From NCBI GenBank assembly GCA_036505055.1, contig DASXUE010000052.1, positions 1,239 through 65,238 of the forward strand: 64,000 nt of DNA, read 5' to 3'. Within the stretch, counting starts at the first letter, position 1, and the number at the start of each line of letters is the position of its first letter. The position numbers and the translations under genes are program-made. Below, in pieces: positions 52,931 to 63,029 of the stretch. The DNA is from Gemmatimonadales bacterium (lineage in GTDB: Bacteria > Gemmatimonadota > Gemmatimonadetes > Gemmatimonadales > GWC2-71-9). The notes beneath the pieces were generated by a model. That model worked only from the letters and a program-made list of their open reading frames with translations. It was not told the DNA's origin and did not search any database.

Positions 52931-52962
52931 GGCCTCCTTGCTACCGGGTTCATGGGGAAAGG

Positions 52963-54858
52963 TCAAGACCGCACGCCTTCGCGAAACCGGCGGGCCTGAC
53001 CCGGGGTGATCATCTCGGCGAGGAGGATCTCCCGCACAATGGGCGCGCCGAAGACGTAGCCCCGCGCATCGGCGGCCAGCCACCGGTCCCACTCGAGCTC
53101 GTCGAGTGCGGCGTCGACGGTCCCGCCATCCAAACCCGTGGCGCCCGAAAGCCACGTGGGCTCCACGCGATCGCCCACCGCGGCCGCTGCGGCGAGGACC
53201 TGCTGAGCGGGGGCCGAGAGCCCGCGGAAGCGCAGGCACACCGCGCCGATCACCGCGGGCGGCAGATCGCCCGGCAGCGAATCGACCACGGTGCGCTTGG
53301 GTGTCGGCCAAGCCGGCGCGTCGGGGGCCAATTTGAACCCCGCGGCGATCGCCTCGACCATCGCCGCGGCAAGGAGGGGAATCCCTGCCGTGTCTCGCTC
53401 GATCCGCCGGGCCAGGCGTGCGGCGTCGTCGCTCCCGTACCGCGGCAGGGCCCAGGCGACCAGCGTTTGCAGGGCCGCCGCGTCCCAGCGCTCCAGCCGC
53501 ACGACCGCACCGTCGAGATCGCGCCCGATGCGGGCGCGTAGGGCGTCCTGCCGTTCGTCGCCCGGTGCTGCGAGCGCGCTGCCGAGCACGAGGAGCACGC
53601 GACGGCGTCCCATGTCGCGCGAGAACGCCGGAAGCGCGGCGCTGGTCTCGTCGTCCAGCCACTGCGCGTCATCGAGCGCGACGAGAAGCGGGCGCTCGTC
53701 GCTCGCCGCCGCGGCCGCCGCCGCGAGCGCCTCCGGCACGGGCAGCGGCGCAGCCCGGGCGGCGTAGCGCGCGCCGACCTCAGGATCGAGCACGGCCAGG
53801 GCGGCGAGCGCGCCGGGCGGGGCGCCGGCGAGCCCGGCGGAATCGGTGAGGCCTGCCACGAGCAGTCCCGCAACCCCGCTCCACGGGCGCGTGCGATCGG
53901 CCGGCACCGCGCGTGCCCACGCGACACTCGCGTCCTCCAATCGCGCGCGCCCGACTAGCTCATCCACGAGACGGGTCTTCCCTGCACCGGGCTCGCCTTC
54001 CACCAGGACGACCTGACCGCGTCCCTCGCGCGCGCGGCCCCAAGCGGCGAGCAGCGTCGCGAGCGCCGCCTCACGGCCGACGAGGGGTAGCCGTGCCCTG
54101 GGCGCAGGCGCAACAGGGATGCGCCGCCCGACGCGCACATCACGGATCCGTTCGATCATGCGGGTCGTCTCGAGAGCGGGCTCGGCATCGAGCCGCTCCG
54201 CCAGCGCGCGGGTGAGGGCCGCCGCCACGGCGAGGGCGCCCGCGCGGTCGCCAGCGAGGGCGAGGGCGCGCATCGCGGCCCGAGCCGCCGGCTCGTGCGC
54301 CGGATCGATCGCGAGCGCGCGTTGGGCGGCCTCGGCGGCGGCGGTCAGATTCCCCGCGCCGACGTGGCTCTCGGCGCCGCTCACCAGGACGTCGATGGTC
54401 CGGGCCCGCCACGCGGCCCGCTCCGCCGCGAGCCAGAGCTCGAAGTCGCCCGCGTCGGGGACGGCGAGGCCCTCGAGAAACTCCCCTTGCGCGAGCGCGG
54501 CGGCCCCGATCCAGTCGCCGCGCTCCTGGCGCGCAACCAGCTCGTCACAGTCCAGCACGAGTCCGTCCGCGACGAGGCGCACCTGATCGACGTCCACCAC
54601 GACGCGCTCCTCACCCAGCGTGCGCCGGAGGGCCCCCAAGGCCTCGCTCAACGAGTGGCGGGCCTGCTTCTCGTCGCGATCGCCCCACAACATCCCCACG
54701 AGGTGCTCCCGGGTCCGGCCCCGGCGGGGGCTGCGCGCCAGGTACACGAGCAGGGCCACGTGCTTGCGCCAGAGAAGCTCCGCGGGCGCCGGGGCGCCGT
54801 CGATCGTGATCGCGACCGGGCCGAGCACTCGGCAATGGACTAGGCGCGTCGATGGCAC
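52963..54858 (-). CDS. SARP-type regulator: OmpR-like wHTH + BTAD + P-loop (AAA_16/STAND-like) ATPase
   Basis: GTG at 54858 aligns with the paralog's N-terminus. [13 protein letters not shown] wHTH, BTAD helices, Walker [11 protein letters not shown], Walker [14 protein letters not shown]. Confidence 0.8.
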   Translation of the reverse strand: MPSTRLVHCRVLGPVAITIDGAPAPAELLWRKHVALLVYLARSPRRGRTREHLVGMLWGDRDEKQARHSLSEALGALRRTLGEERVVVDVDQVRLVADGLVLDCDELVARQERGDWIGAAALAQGEFLEGLAVPDAGDFELWLAAERAAWRARTIDVLVSGAESHVGAGNLTAAAEAAQRALAIDPAHEPAARAAMRALALAGDRAGALAVAAALTRALAERLDAEPALETTRMIERIRDVRVGRRIPVAPAPRARLPLVGREAALATLLAAWGRAREGRGQVVLVEGEPGAGKTRLVDELVGRARLEDASVAWARAVPADRTRPWSGVAGLLVAGLTDSAGLAGAPPGALAALAVLDPEVGARYAARAAPLPVPEALAAAAAAASDERPLLVALDDAQWLDDETSAALPAFSRDMGRRRVLLVLGSALAAPGDERQDALRARIGRDLDGAVVRLERWDAAALQTLVAWALPRYGSDDAARLARRIERDTAGIPLLAAAMVEAIAAGFKLAPDAPAWPTPKRTVVDSLPGDLPPAVIGAVCLRFRGLSAPAQQVLAAAAAVGDRVEPTWLSGATGLDGGTVDAALDELEWDRWLAADARGYVFGAPIVREILLAEMITPGQARRFREGVRS

Positions 54859-54891
54859 GAGAGAAGGATACTCTCTACATTCCGCCTCGTC

Positions 54892-57609
54892 ATGAATCCC
54901 GCGCCGCTCGAGGACGTCCAGCGCGCCGTCGGCGACCGCTACGAGGTGCTCGATCTCGCGGGATCGGGCGGGATGGGCGTGGTGTACCGCGCACGCCACC
55001 GCCAGCTCGGACACGTCGTGGCCGTCAAGATCCTCCCGCCCGAGGTCGCGGCCAGCGGCATGCGCCAAGAGCGCTTCCACCGGGAGGCCTCACTCGCCGC
55101 GCAGCTGCAGCACCCCCACCTCGTGCCGGTCTACGAATTCGATGTGCAGCGCGGGCTCGCCTTCCTGATCATGCCGTTCGTCCGAGGCGTCACGCTCGAA
55201 ACGCTGCTCGCCGAGCGCCGTCTCGACACCGACGCGGTGCTGCGGCTGCTGCGCGAGGTGGGCTCCGCACTCGACTTCCTGCACCGGAGCAGCGTCGTGC
55301 ATCGGGACGTCAAACCCTCGAATATCATGATCGAGGAAGACGCCGGCCGCGCCCTGCTCACCGATTTCGGGCTGGCGCGGCCCGAGCGACCCGTCGACGG
55401 ATCGCTGACGGCGCCGGGCACGGCGCTCGGTACGCCAGATTACATGGCGCCCGAGCAGGCCGCCGGAGACGAGACCGTCGACGGCCGCGCCGACTTGTAC
55501 GCCCTCGCGCTCGTCGCCTTCGAGGCGCTCACCGGCACGCTCCCCGCCAGTAGCGCCGACCGTGCGACGCTCGCGCGGGGCGTCCGCAGCGCGCACCCCG
55601 AAGTCGGGGGCCTGCTGGCCGCCGCGCTGGTCGCGCCGCTGGCCCCGCGCGCGGCGGATCGGCCGCCCACGGCGGCCGCGTGGCTGGCGTTGCTCGAGCG
55701 GGGCGCGCGCGAGCGGCGCACGCGGATCACTCAGGTCGCCATCGCCTTCGCGGGGCTCGCCGCCATCGTGCTGACCATCGCACTGCTGCGCCGGCCCACG
55801 GCGGCGCCCGACGCCGTCGTCGCCGTCATGCCCTTCGCCGTGCTGGGGCAATCGCCCTACCCACCCGCGCAGCTCCCCGACTACTTCCTGTCGCGCTTCA
55901 GCGCCGTCCAGGGCCTGCGCGACGTCGTGTCGTTCGGGCGCGTGCTCGCCGAGACAGGGGTGGAGCCGATCTCTGCCGGCGACGCCGAGGCCGCCGCCCA
56001 GCGCCTCGGGGCCGCGTACTATGTCCAGGCGAGCCTGGCGTTCACGGGCGACTCGGTCACGTTGACCGCGACCCTCTACGAGGTCGGCCGGCGCACGCCG
56101 CGTGTCACCGCCACGGGCGCGGGTGCGGCCGGCGCGATGTCGGCGGTCATGGACGCGGTCTGGGGACGGATCCTCGGAGCCGGATTCGCGCCCAATCCCT
56201 ACGAGACGATGCCCAGCGGCAAAGACGCCATCGCCGCGTACATCAACGCCGACGCCGACTTCCGTCGGGGCGCCTACGACAGAGCGGTGGCGGGCTACGA
56301 CCGCGTGATCGCCGCCGACACGGCGTTCGCCCTGGCGCGGTTTCGCCGCGCGCTGGTCGTCGCCCAGACAGACCCGACGGGCGAGCAGGTGCGGGCCGCG
56401 TTGCGAGGCGCCATCCAACACCAATCAGGGCTCTCACCCGCCGACAGCCTGATGCTCGAGGGTTACGCCCTGCTGCTCGACCGCGGGGACGGCCGCGCGG
56501 CGCTGGAGCGGTTCCGGGCGGCGGTCGACGCGGCGCCGGGCCAGCCCCTGCCCTGGTTCGTGCTGGGCGAGTTCCACGTGCATTTCGGCGTGCTGTTCGA
56601 CCAGCCGGTGGACGAAGCGTGGACGGCGTTCAACCGGGTGCGCGACCTGGTCCCGCAGTTCGCCCCCGCCATCGCACACCTGGTCACGCTGGCCTACCTG
56701 CGCGGGGACAAGGCGTACGCGAAACGGCTGATGGACGAATACCGCCGCCTCGATTCGACGTCCGTGGTGGCGGCGGTGATCGGCGTGGCCGACACCATCC
56801 TCTTCGGCGCCACCCCGGCGCGGCTGCGGGTGCTGCGCACGCTCGACCAACGCAGCTTCGAGATCCTCGCCTTCCTGGCGTTCCAGGCGGCCGTCGCGGG
56901 GACCGACGCTGACCGCCGCGGGCCCGGGCGCCGCGTCCTCGCGGCGCTCGCGCGCCGGGCCGCGAGCGAGTCGGAGCGGGTCCGCGCGCTGCGCATGGGC
57001 GTCGCCGCCGACCTGCGGTACGGCTGGGCCGACAGCGCGCGCGCCCTGTTGCGCCGGGCCACGTCGCCGGCCGCGGCCCGCGAGCGCGACGCGTGGATCG
57101 TGCTGGCCGGCGTCGCCGGATTGGCACCCCTGGGCACACCGGGCACCTCCGCGGCGCGCCTCGCCACCCACGTCCGTAACGAGGCGGATCCCGACGTGGT
57201 CGAGCTATGGCTGCTCGCGGCGCTGCCGGCGGGCCCCGATCAGGCGCGCGCGGCGGAACGGCTGCGCGCCGCGGCGGCGGGTGGGGCGCCGCTCGCCGCC
57301 GCCTTGGCGGCGAGCCTGGAGGCGCGCCGCATGCTCACCGTGGGCGATTCGGCGGGAGCGATCGCCCGCTGGACCGCCGCCACAGCGCGCTACGACGTGC
57401 TGAGCGTCCCCTCCGGACTGCTCTCGTCCCTGTGGCCGCAGCGTCTGACGCTGGCGCGCGCGGCCGTCCTGGCGGGCGACAGCGCGAGCGCGGCACGCGC
57501 CTGCGCGACGCTCAGCGCACCGATCGGCTACGCCGACCAGGCTGCGTTCGCCGAGGTCGAGCCGCTGTGCGCACCGTGGCGTGGCGTCACCCCCTCCCCT
57601 CGTCGCTAG
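54892..57609 (+). CDS. Membrane Ser/Thr protein kinase with large extracytoplasmic helical-repeat (TPR-like) domain
   Basis: Hanks kinase motifs [29 protein letters not shown]. One TM ([21 protein letters not shown]), then about 600 aa rich in Ala/Leu/Arg. Confidence 0.85.
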   Translation: MNPAPLEDVQRAVGDRYEVLDLAGSGGMGVVYRARHRQLGHVVAVKILPPEVAASGMRQERFHREASLAAQLQHPHLVPVYEFDVQRGLAFLIMPFVRGVTLETLLAERRLDTDAVLRLLREVGSALDFLHRSSVVHRDVKPSNIMIEEDAGRALLTDFGLARPERPVDGSLTAPGTALGTPDYMAPEQAAGDETVDGRADLYALALVAFEALTGTLPASSADRATLARGVRSAHPEVGGLLAAALVAPLAPRAADRPPTAAAWLALLERGARERRTRITQVAIAFAGLAAIVLTIALLRRPTAAPDAVVAVMPFAVLGQSPYPPAQLPDYFLSRFSAVQGLRDVVSFGRVLAETGVEPISAGDAEAAAQRLGAAYYVQASLAFTGDSVTLTATLYEVGRRTPRVTATGAGAAGAMSAVMDAVWGRILGAGFAPNPYETMPSGKDAIAAYINADADFRRGAYDRAVAGYDRVIAADTAFALARFRRALVVAQTDPTGEQVRAALRGAIQHQSGLSPADSLMLEGYALLLDRGDGRAALERFRAAVDAAPGQPLPWFVLGEFHVHFGVLFDQPVDEAWTAFNRVRDLVPQFAPAIAHLVTLAYLRGDKAYAKRLMDEYRRLDSTSVVAAVIGVADTILFGATPARLRVLRTLDQRSFEILAFLAFQAAVAGTDADRRGPGRRVLAALARRAASESERVRALRMGVAADLRYGWADSARALLRRATSPAAARERDAWIVLAGVAGLAPLGTPGTSAARLATHVRNEADPDVVELWLLAALPAGPDQARAAERLRAAAAGGAPLAAALAASLEARRMLTVGDSAGAIARWTAATARYDVLSVPSGLLSSLWPQRLTLARAAVLAGDSASAARACATLSAPIGYADQAAFAEVEPLCAPWRGVTPSPRR

Positions 57610-59518
57610 CCGCCGCCTCCCGGTAACGCTGCCGCTGGCCCTCGGTAACGAGGTCCCCGCCGACGATGTCCCGAACGATCCGCGCGACGAACGCATAACC
57701 ACGGGGCTCGACGGCGAGCCACCGCTCCCACTCGAGCTCATCCAGCGCGGACTCCAGTTCGCGCGCGCCCAGACTGGTGGCGCGCCCGAGCACCGGTGAC
57801 GGCACCCGCTCATCGAGCGACGCGACGGCCGCGAGCACCTGCTGCGCCGCCGGCGATAGCCGCCGGAAGCCGACGCGGATGGCGCCGATCACGCCTTCGG
57901 GCAGGTCGCCGGGCAACGTCTGGTCGAGGGTTCGGAACGGGCGGGGCCACGCGGCCGCGCTGCGGTCGAGGTCGAGCCCCAGCGCCACGGCGTGCAGCAA
58001 TTCCACCGCGAGGAGCGGCAACCCCGCCGAGTCGCGCGCGAGCCGCCGCGCCAGGCGCTCCGCATCATGCTCGGCGTACTGCGGCATCGCCCAGCGCACG
58101 AGGGCCCGCAACGCGTCGGCTCCCAAAGGCCCGAGCCGCAACACTGCGCCTTCGGTGTCGCGGCCGACGCGCGCCTGCAGCTCGTCGAGCTCGGGCCGTG
58201 CCGGGTAGGCCGCGCGCGTCAGCAACAGGCAGAACGGCGCCGACGCCAGGTCGCGTACCGCGGCCACCAACGCGAGCAGCGAGTCGCGATCGGTCCAGTG
58301 CGCGTCGTCGACGACGAGGACGACAGGCCGCTCCGCCGTGACGGCGCGCAACACCTCGCGGAGGGCCCGGCCCGGAGGATCGGCGGCGACGCCGCGGCTC
58401 GCGGTCCCCCCCCCGAACCGGTCCATCCACTCCGGGAGTCGCGCCGCGAACGCGGCGAGGGCGGCCGGGGACGCCGCCGCCACGCCGGGAGCGTCGAGCA
58501 ACCCACCGCGCGCGACGCCAAAGACGCCGCTCCAGGGATCCGCCGCGTCGGCCTCGACGGCGCGAACGATGGCCGTCGCCGCGCCGTCGAGCCGCGCGCG
58601 GGTCATCGCTTCATCAGCGAGGCGACTCTTCCCCGTGCCGGCGTCGCCCGTCACCACCGCGACGGCCGCGCGCGCCGCACGGCGACACGCCGCCCAAACC
58701 TCCCCTAACTGCTCCAGCTCCCCTTCCCGGCCGACCAGCGGCGCGCGCCGCGATTCCGCGCCCAGCGACGCCGCACCCTCGAGGTGGCGGGGCTGCGCCC
58801 GTTCGCGGCTGATGCGTTCGGCGAGGGCGACGCTCTCCGCATCCGGCGTCCCCCCCACGTCCGCCGCGAGCCGCGTCGCGAACGCCTCGTACGCTGCCAG
58901 AGCGGCGGCGCGGTCACCCGCGAGCGCCAGCGCCCGCATGGAGGCACGCACCGCCACGTCGGCGTTCCGGTCGAGCGCCAGCGCGCGCCGCGCCAACGCC
59001 ACCGCTTCGGCCGCGCGCCCGCGGCCCAGCTCCACGTCGGCCTGTCGGACCAACGCATCGACCCCGCGCGTACGCCACAGCCCGCGCTCCGCGGTCAGCC
59101 AGTGCTCGAATTCCGCGGCCCCGCGAACCGAGAACCCCTCGAGGAACTCGCCGCGCACCAGGCCGCAGGCTCCCTCCCAGTCTCCGGCCGCCGCCAACGC
59201 CTCGAACTGGTCGGTGTCGAGCTCGACCGCGCCGGCTTCGAGCCGGATCCTGTCGGCCTCCGTCGAGATACCGCGGTCGCCGGTGCAATCGCGCAGCACG
59301 CCCAAGGCCACGTTGAGGGAATGCCGGGCCTTCACGTCCGCCGTGTCGGGCCAGAGCAGGCCGATGAGGTGGTCGCGGGCTCTGGAGCGCTTGGGGGAGC
59401 GCGCCAGGTACACGAGCAGCGCGAGATTCTTCCGCCACAGGAGGTTGGCCGGTGCCGGGCCGTCATCGAGACTTACGTCCACCGAGCCGAGCGTGCGGCA
59501 GCGGATCACCGTTTGCAC
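57587..59518 (-). CDS. SARP-type regulator: wHTH + BTAD + P-loop ATPase (paralog of 52963..54858)
   Basis: [13 protein letters not shown], Walker [11 protein letters not shown], Walker [16 protein letters not shown] at 59518, or a GTG at 59509 in a GTGA overlap with the kinase stop. Confidence 0.8.
   Translation of the reverse strand: MQTVIRCRTLGSVDVSLDDGPAPANLLWRKNLALLVYLARSPKRSRARDHLIGLLWPDTADVKARHSLNVALGVLRDCTGDRGISTEADRIRLEAGAVELDTDQFEALAAAGDWEGACGLVRGEFLEGFSVRGAAEFEHWLTAERGLWRTRGVDALVRQADVELGRGRAAEAVALARRALALDRNADVAVRASMRALALAGDRAAALAAYEAFATRLAADVGGTPDAESVALAERISRERAQPRHLEGAASLGAESRRAPLVGREGELEQLGEVWAACRRAARAAVAVVTGDAGTGKSRLADEAMTRARLDGAATAIVRAVEADAADPWSGVFGVARGGLLDAPGVAAASPAALAAFAARLPEWMDRFGGGTASRGVAADPPGRALREVLRAVTAERPVVLVVDDAHWTDRDSLLALVAAVRDLASAPFCLLLTRAAYPARPELDELQARVGRDTEGAVLRLGPLGADALRALVRWAMPQYAEHDAERLARRLARDSAGLPLLAVELLHAVALGLDLDRSAAAWPRPFRTLDQTLPGDLPEGVIGAIRVGFRRLSPAAQQVLAAVASLDERVPSPVLGRATSLGARELESALDELEWERWLAVEPRGYAFVARIVRDIVGGDLVTEGQRQRYREAAASDEGRG
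58406..58414 (-). repeat. G9 homopolymer (C9 on + strand) inside the SARP-ATPase gene
   Basis: Direct reading: gtCCCCCCCCCg. It encodes the GGG of DRFGGGTAS. Confidence 0.9.
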
Positions 59519-62313
59519 GCCTCCGCTCGCTTCCGCGTCTCGGCGACCAACGGCTCATACGCCGGCTCGGCGCCGGTCCAGAGCTCCAGCACGCGCCGCA
59601 GCCGGTCGCACCCCTCGTGCGACCGAGCCCACGGGCCGAGCGCCCAGTCGATCTCGACGGCCTCCACTTCGCCGGTGAGCCAGCCCTCGAAGTCCGAGTT
59701 CTCGTACCACCGCCACTCGCGCTCGGCCGCGGCGGCGCGCCCGAGGGCCGCAAGCCACTCGGCGCGCCGCGCGTGCAGCACCGCTCGGGCAAATGGGTCG
59801 CCGAGCTGCTCGGATTCGTCGTACGGCAAGAGGGCTTCCGAGCGCGCCAGCGCCGCCCGCACGTCGCCCCGCGCCGCCTCGCCCTGGGCGAGCGCCAACT
59901 CGTGGAGCCGCTGCAGCGCGCCGCTGCCCGCCGCGCGACCGCCGAGCTGCACGCTCCAGCGACGCGCGGCGGGCACGTCGCGCCGGGCGTAGGCCTCCAC
60001 GGCGAGCGCCCACGCGGCGCGTGCCGTCGCGGTAGAGGGAGGAGAGCCGGCGATCCGGTCGAGCGCCGCCCGCGCACGCTCGACTTCCTGGGGCGGCACA
60101 CCGGGCACACCCAGGGCGCTCGGGATCACACGCCACTCCAGCGCTTCGAGACTCGCCGTCGGGCCAGCGAAGAGCGCCGCCGCCGAATCGAACTGACCGA
60201 GCGCCTGTGCCGGTCGACCCAGCGCGACGAGGGCGAGGGCCTGGGCTTCGTGGCCCGACGCCCGCAGGCCCCGCTCCCCGGGAGCCGTCGCGAATCGCCT
60301 CCCGAGCGCGAGCTGCGTTTCTGGAGCGTCGAACCCGAGCGCCCAGCGCAGCGTGCGCGCCAGGTCCTGCTGCGCACCGGAGGACACGCCCCCGAGCATC
60401 GCGGCCAGCTGGTCCGGGTGAAACCGCGCCGTGAACGCCACCTCGAGCATCGACCCGATGTCGAGGTCGCCGCCCGGCGACGGAGGCCCCCGAACCTGCT
60501 CCAGCCGGTCGAGAGCGGAGCGGGCGTTCACCTCCCGGCCCAGCCGGATCAGCGACCACACCAGCTGATCGTGCGCCGGGGCGAGCGACGGGTCCTGAGC
60601 CACCGCCTCCTCCAGCACGGCGGCGCCGCTGTCCAGCGGAATACCCGCGAGCGGACCGCGATGCATCAGCTCCGCGCCGTACAGCAGCCGCGCGTATGGA
60701 TCGTTCGGGTACAACGCCAGGACGTGCTCGTAGATGCCATAGCGCGGCGGTCCCGTCGGCGCCAGCTCCGCCTCGATGAGCAGCGAGTCGAGCCGCTTCA
60801 GGTAACGCCCGTTGCGTCGCACGACGTCGCGCAGGTTCACTGCTGAAGGAACTCGCCGCCACCGCTGGGCGTTGGCGAGGCGCCACGCCGCGCGGGCGAA
60901 GCTCGCGTCGAGCTGCAGGGCGGCTCGAAAATGGCGCTCCGCCTCGCTCCAGGCGTCCTGCGCGAACGCGTCCTCGCCCTTCAGGAACTCTCCCAGGGCC
61001 CCGACGCTGCGCCCGCGCAGAGTGCTGTCGTAGACGTACTCGCCGGCCAGGTCGGGGCGCAGCCGCTCGATCAGCCAGGCGGCAATCGCCTCCGCCAGCT
61101 CCACCTCGGCGCCGATCCGACCAGTCGCGCCGCCGCTCTGGAGTCGCTGACCGAGGGAGTCGAGCAGCTCCAGGCTCACCTTGAGCGTGTCCCCGTGCCG
61201 CGTCACGGCCCCTCCCACCGTGCTGGCCACGACGGACAGCGGCGGCAGCCGGCGCCCCGCCAGCGAGTCTTCGACGCGGCGCAGCGCGTAACTCGTGGGC
61301 ACCAAGCGGATCCGCGGCAGCCGCTCGAGGAGATCCGACACGAGAAACCCGAGATGACGCCCCACGCCCGGGTCCATCACGCCAACCACCTGGAAACGCC
61401 CCACCATCAGCTCGTACGGCTGGTGCCGCCGTGTGCGGGCTCCGCAGAGACCCAGCCGTTCGCACGAGACGCCGGCCGCGACGCCGACAACGATCAGGAG
61501 GGCCGCGACCGGCCACAGCCGGATGGGGGACTTGGGCAACCACAGGGCGCGCCGGAACGTGCCGGCATCCGGCCACCGCTCCGCGGCATGCAACGACAGC
61601 GCCTTGCGGAGCGTGCGCGCCAAGGCTCGAGGCATGGCGGACCACTCGGCCGCGTCGGGGTGGTCGAAACTCGACCACTTGTGGCCGGTCACCGCCTCGT
61701 ACGTCACCATCGCCAGGGCGTAGAGGTCGGTGCGGGGCGTGATCTCGCCACCCACCGCCTGCTCGGGAGGCATGTACTCGAGCGTGCCCACCGTCTGGCC
61801 AGGCGCCGTGAGCCCCTCGGTGGGGTCCGAGAGGGACTTGGCGATCCCGAAGTCGATGAGGATCGCGCGACCGTCGACGATCAGGATGTTGCTGGGATTG
61901 ATGTCGCGGTGCACGACGCCGCGCCCGTGCGCCGACGCCAGCGCCCCGAGGAGGTCTCGACACATCCGTGCCGCTTCCGCGGGCGGCATTCGCCCCCGGG
62001 CGACCCGCGCCTCGAGGGTCTCGCCTTCGAGGTACGCCATCACATAGAAGGAAAAGCCGCCTCGCTGCCCCGAATAGTGAATGGGGACGACGTTCGCGTG
62101 GGCGAGGTTGGCGAGCGTGCGGGCTTCCCGCAGGAACCGCTCCGCGGCGTTGGCGCTCGCCATCTCTGGAATGATGATCTTGATGGCGACTGGGCGGGCG
62201 AGCGCGGTATCGCGCCCGAGAAAGATCATTCCCATGCCTCCCCTATCGAGCTCGCGCTCGACCTCGTACTCAGGGGCCAGGGCGGCGCGCAGCCGTTCGA
62301 GGAGGGTGGGCAT
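59506..62313 (-). CDS. Membrane Ser/Thr protein kinase with extracytoplasmic helical-repeat domain (paralog of 54892..57609)
   Basis: GGMGMIF, VAIK, HRDINPSN, DFG, MPPEQ. One TM (LWPVAALLIVVGVAAGV), then about 650 aa of TPR-like sequence. Confidence 0.85.
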   Translation of the reverse strand: MPTLLERLRAALAPEYEVERELDRGGMGMIFLGRDTALARPVAIKIIIPEMASANAAERFLREARTLANLAHANVVPIHYSGQRGGFSFYVMAYLEGETLEARVARGRMPPAEAARMCRDLLGALASAHGRGVVHRDINPSNILIVDGRAILIDFGIAKSLSDPTEGLTAPGQTVGTLEYMPPEQAVGGEITPRTDLYALAMVTYEAVTGHKWSSFDHPDAAEWSAMPRALARTLRKALSLHAAERWPDAGTFRRALWLPKSPIRLWPVAALLIVVGVAAGVSCERLGLCGARTRRHQPYELMVGRFQVVGVMDPGVGRHLGFLVSDLLERLPRIRLVPTSYALRRVEDSLAGRRLPPLSVVASTVGGAVTRHGDTLKVSLELLDSLGQRLQSGGATGRIGAEVELAEAIAAWLIERLRPDLAGEYVYDSTLRGRSVGALGEFLKGEDAFAQDAWSEAERHFRAALQLDASFARAAWRLANAQRWRRVPSAVNLRDVVRRNGRYLKRLDSLLIEAELAPTGPPRYGIYEHVLALYPNDPYARLLYGAELMHRGPLAGIPLDSGAAVLEEAVAQDPSLAPAHDQLVWSLIRLGREVNARSALDRLEQVRGPPSPGGDLDIGSMLEVAFTARFHPDQLAAMLGGVSSGAQQDLARTLRWALGFDAPETQLALGRRFATAPGERGLRASGHEAQALALVALGRPAQALGQFDSAAALFAGPTASLEALEWRVIPSALGVPGVPPQEVERARAALDRIAGSPPSTATARAAWALAVEAYARRDVPAARRWSVQLGGRAAGSGALQRLHELALAQGEAARGDVRAALARSEALLPYDESEQLGDPFARAVLHARRAEWLAALGRAAAAEREWRWYENSDFEGWLTGEVEAVEIDWALGPWARSHEGCDRLRRVLELWTGAEPAYEPLVAETRKRAEACKR

Positions 62314-62364
62314 GTGGTGCGCGCCCGAATCTAACAGTCGACACCGGCGTCCGCCCGATCGCCT

Positions 62365-62402
62365 AAAAACGAAGCGGCCCCGGGGATCTTCCCCAGGGCC
62401 GC
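62365..62402 (-). terminator. Rho-independent terminator downstream of the cupredoxin gene
   Basis: On the minus strand: GCGGCCCTGGGG-AAGAT-CCCCGGGGCCGC (11 bp with 1 mismatch), followed by TTCGTTTTT. Confidence 0.75.
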
Positions 62403-62424
62403 CCCACTCACGACGAAGGGCGTC

Positions 62425-62883
62425 TTACTGCACAGTGATCTGGATCTTCATCCCCATGCCCTGGTGGGGCACGCAGAATCCCTTGTACTTCCCCGCGGGC
62501 GCGTTAGCGAACGACACGTCGTACGTCTCGTTCGGCTGCTGCAGGAACTGCCCCGACAACTTGTCGATGGGGTTCGTGAGCGCCGCCGCGAGCACGGCCT
62601 CGGCACCGGCCGGGATCGAATCACTCCAGAAGGCGACGTTGTGGGGCCCACCGGAGACGTTGATGAAACGCACCGTCGTACCTGGCGCGATCGTGAGGGC
62701 GGCCGGCTCGAACGCCGCCTTCGTGCTGCCATTACCCGTCATTTTGACTTCGACGACCGGCCCCGCGGGTGCCGCGGGCGCCGCACCGGGCTGGCCGGCG
62801 GCCGGCGTTTGGTCGGCCTTCTTCTCGCCGCCACAAGCGAGCGCGCCGAGCGCGGCGATCGTCGTGAGCAGAGTGAACCGCAT
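62425..62883 (-). CDS. Plastocyanin/azurin-family blue copper protein (cupredoxin) lipoprotein
   Basis: GGAGGA 8 nt upstream of the ATG. Lipobox LGALAC. Type-1 Cu ligand pattern PHNV..FCVPHQGMGM. Confidence 0.85.
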   Translation of the reverse strand: MRFTLLTTIAALGALACGGEKKADQTPAAGQPGAAPAAPAGPVVEVKMTGNGSTKAAFEPAALTIAPGTTVRFINVSGGPHNVAFWSDSIPAGAEAVLAAALTNPIDKLSGQFLQQPNETYDVSFANAPAGKYKGFCVPHQGMGMKIQITVQ

Positions 62884-62919
62884 TGCGAATGTCCTCCGGG
62901 AACGTTTTGGCTGGTCGGC

Positions 62920-62937
62920 TTGTGAACGCGTTCACAA
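62920..62937. promoter_or_regulatory. Perfect 18-bp palindrome with CRP-type half-sites TGTGA-N6-TCACA
   Basis: TTGTGAACGCGTTCACAA equals its own reverse complement. Lies in the 146-bp divergent region between the cupredoxin gene and the beta-barrel-like gene. Confidence 0.5.
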
Positions 62938-63029
62938 TAAACAGGTGGGGGTCAAAACGGGAGGGCCCTGGCGTTTCGGCCCCGATTGACGAGCTTCCCG
63001 CGATCCTTCGACCGCTCTGGAGCCGCACT

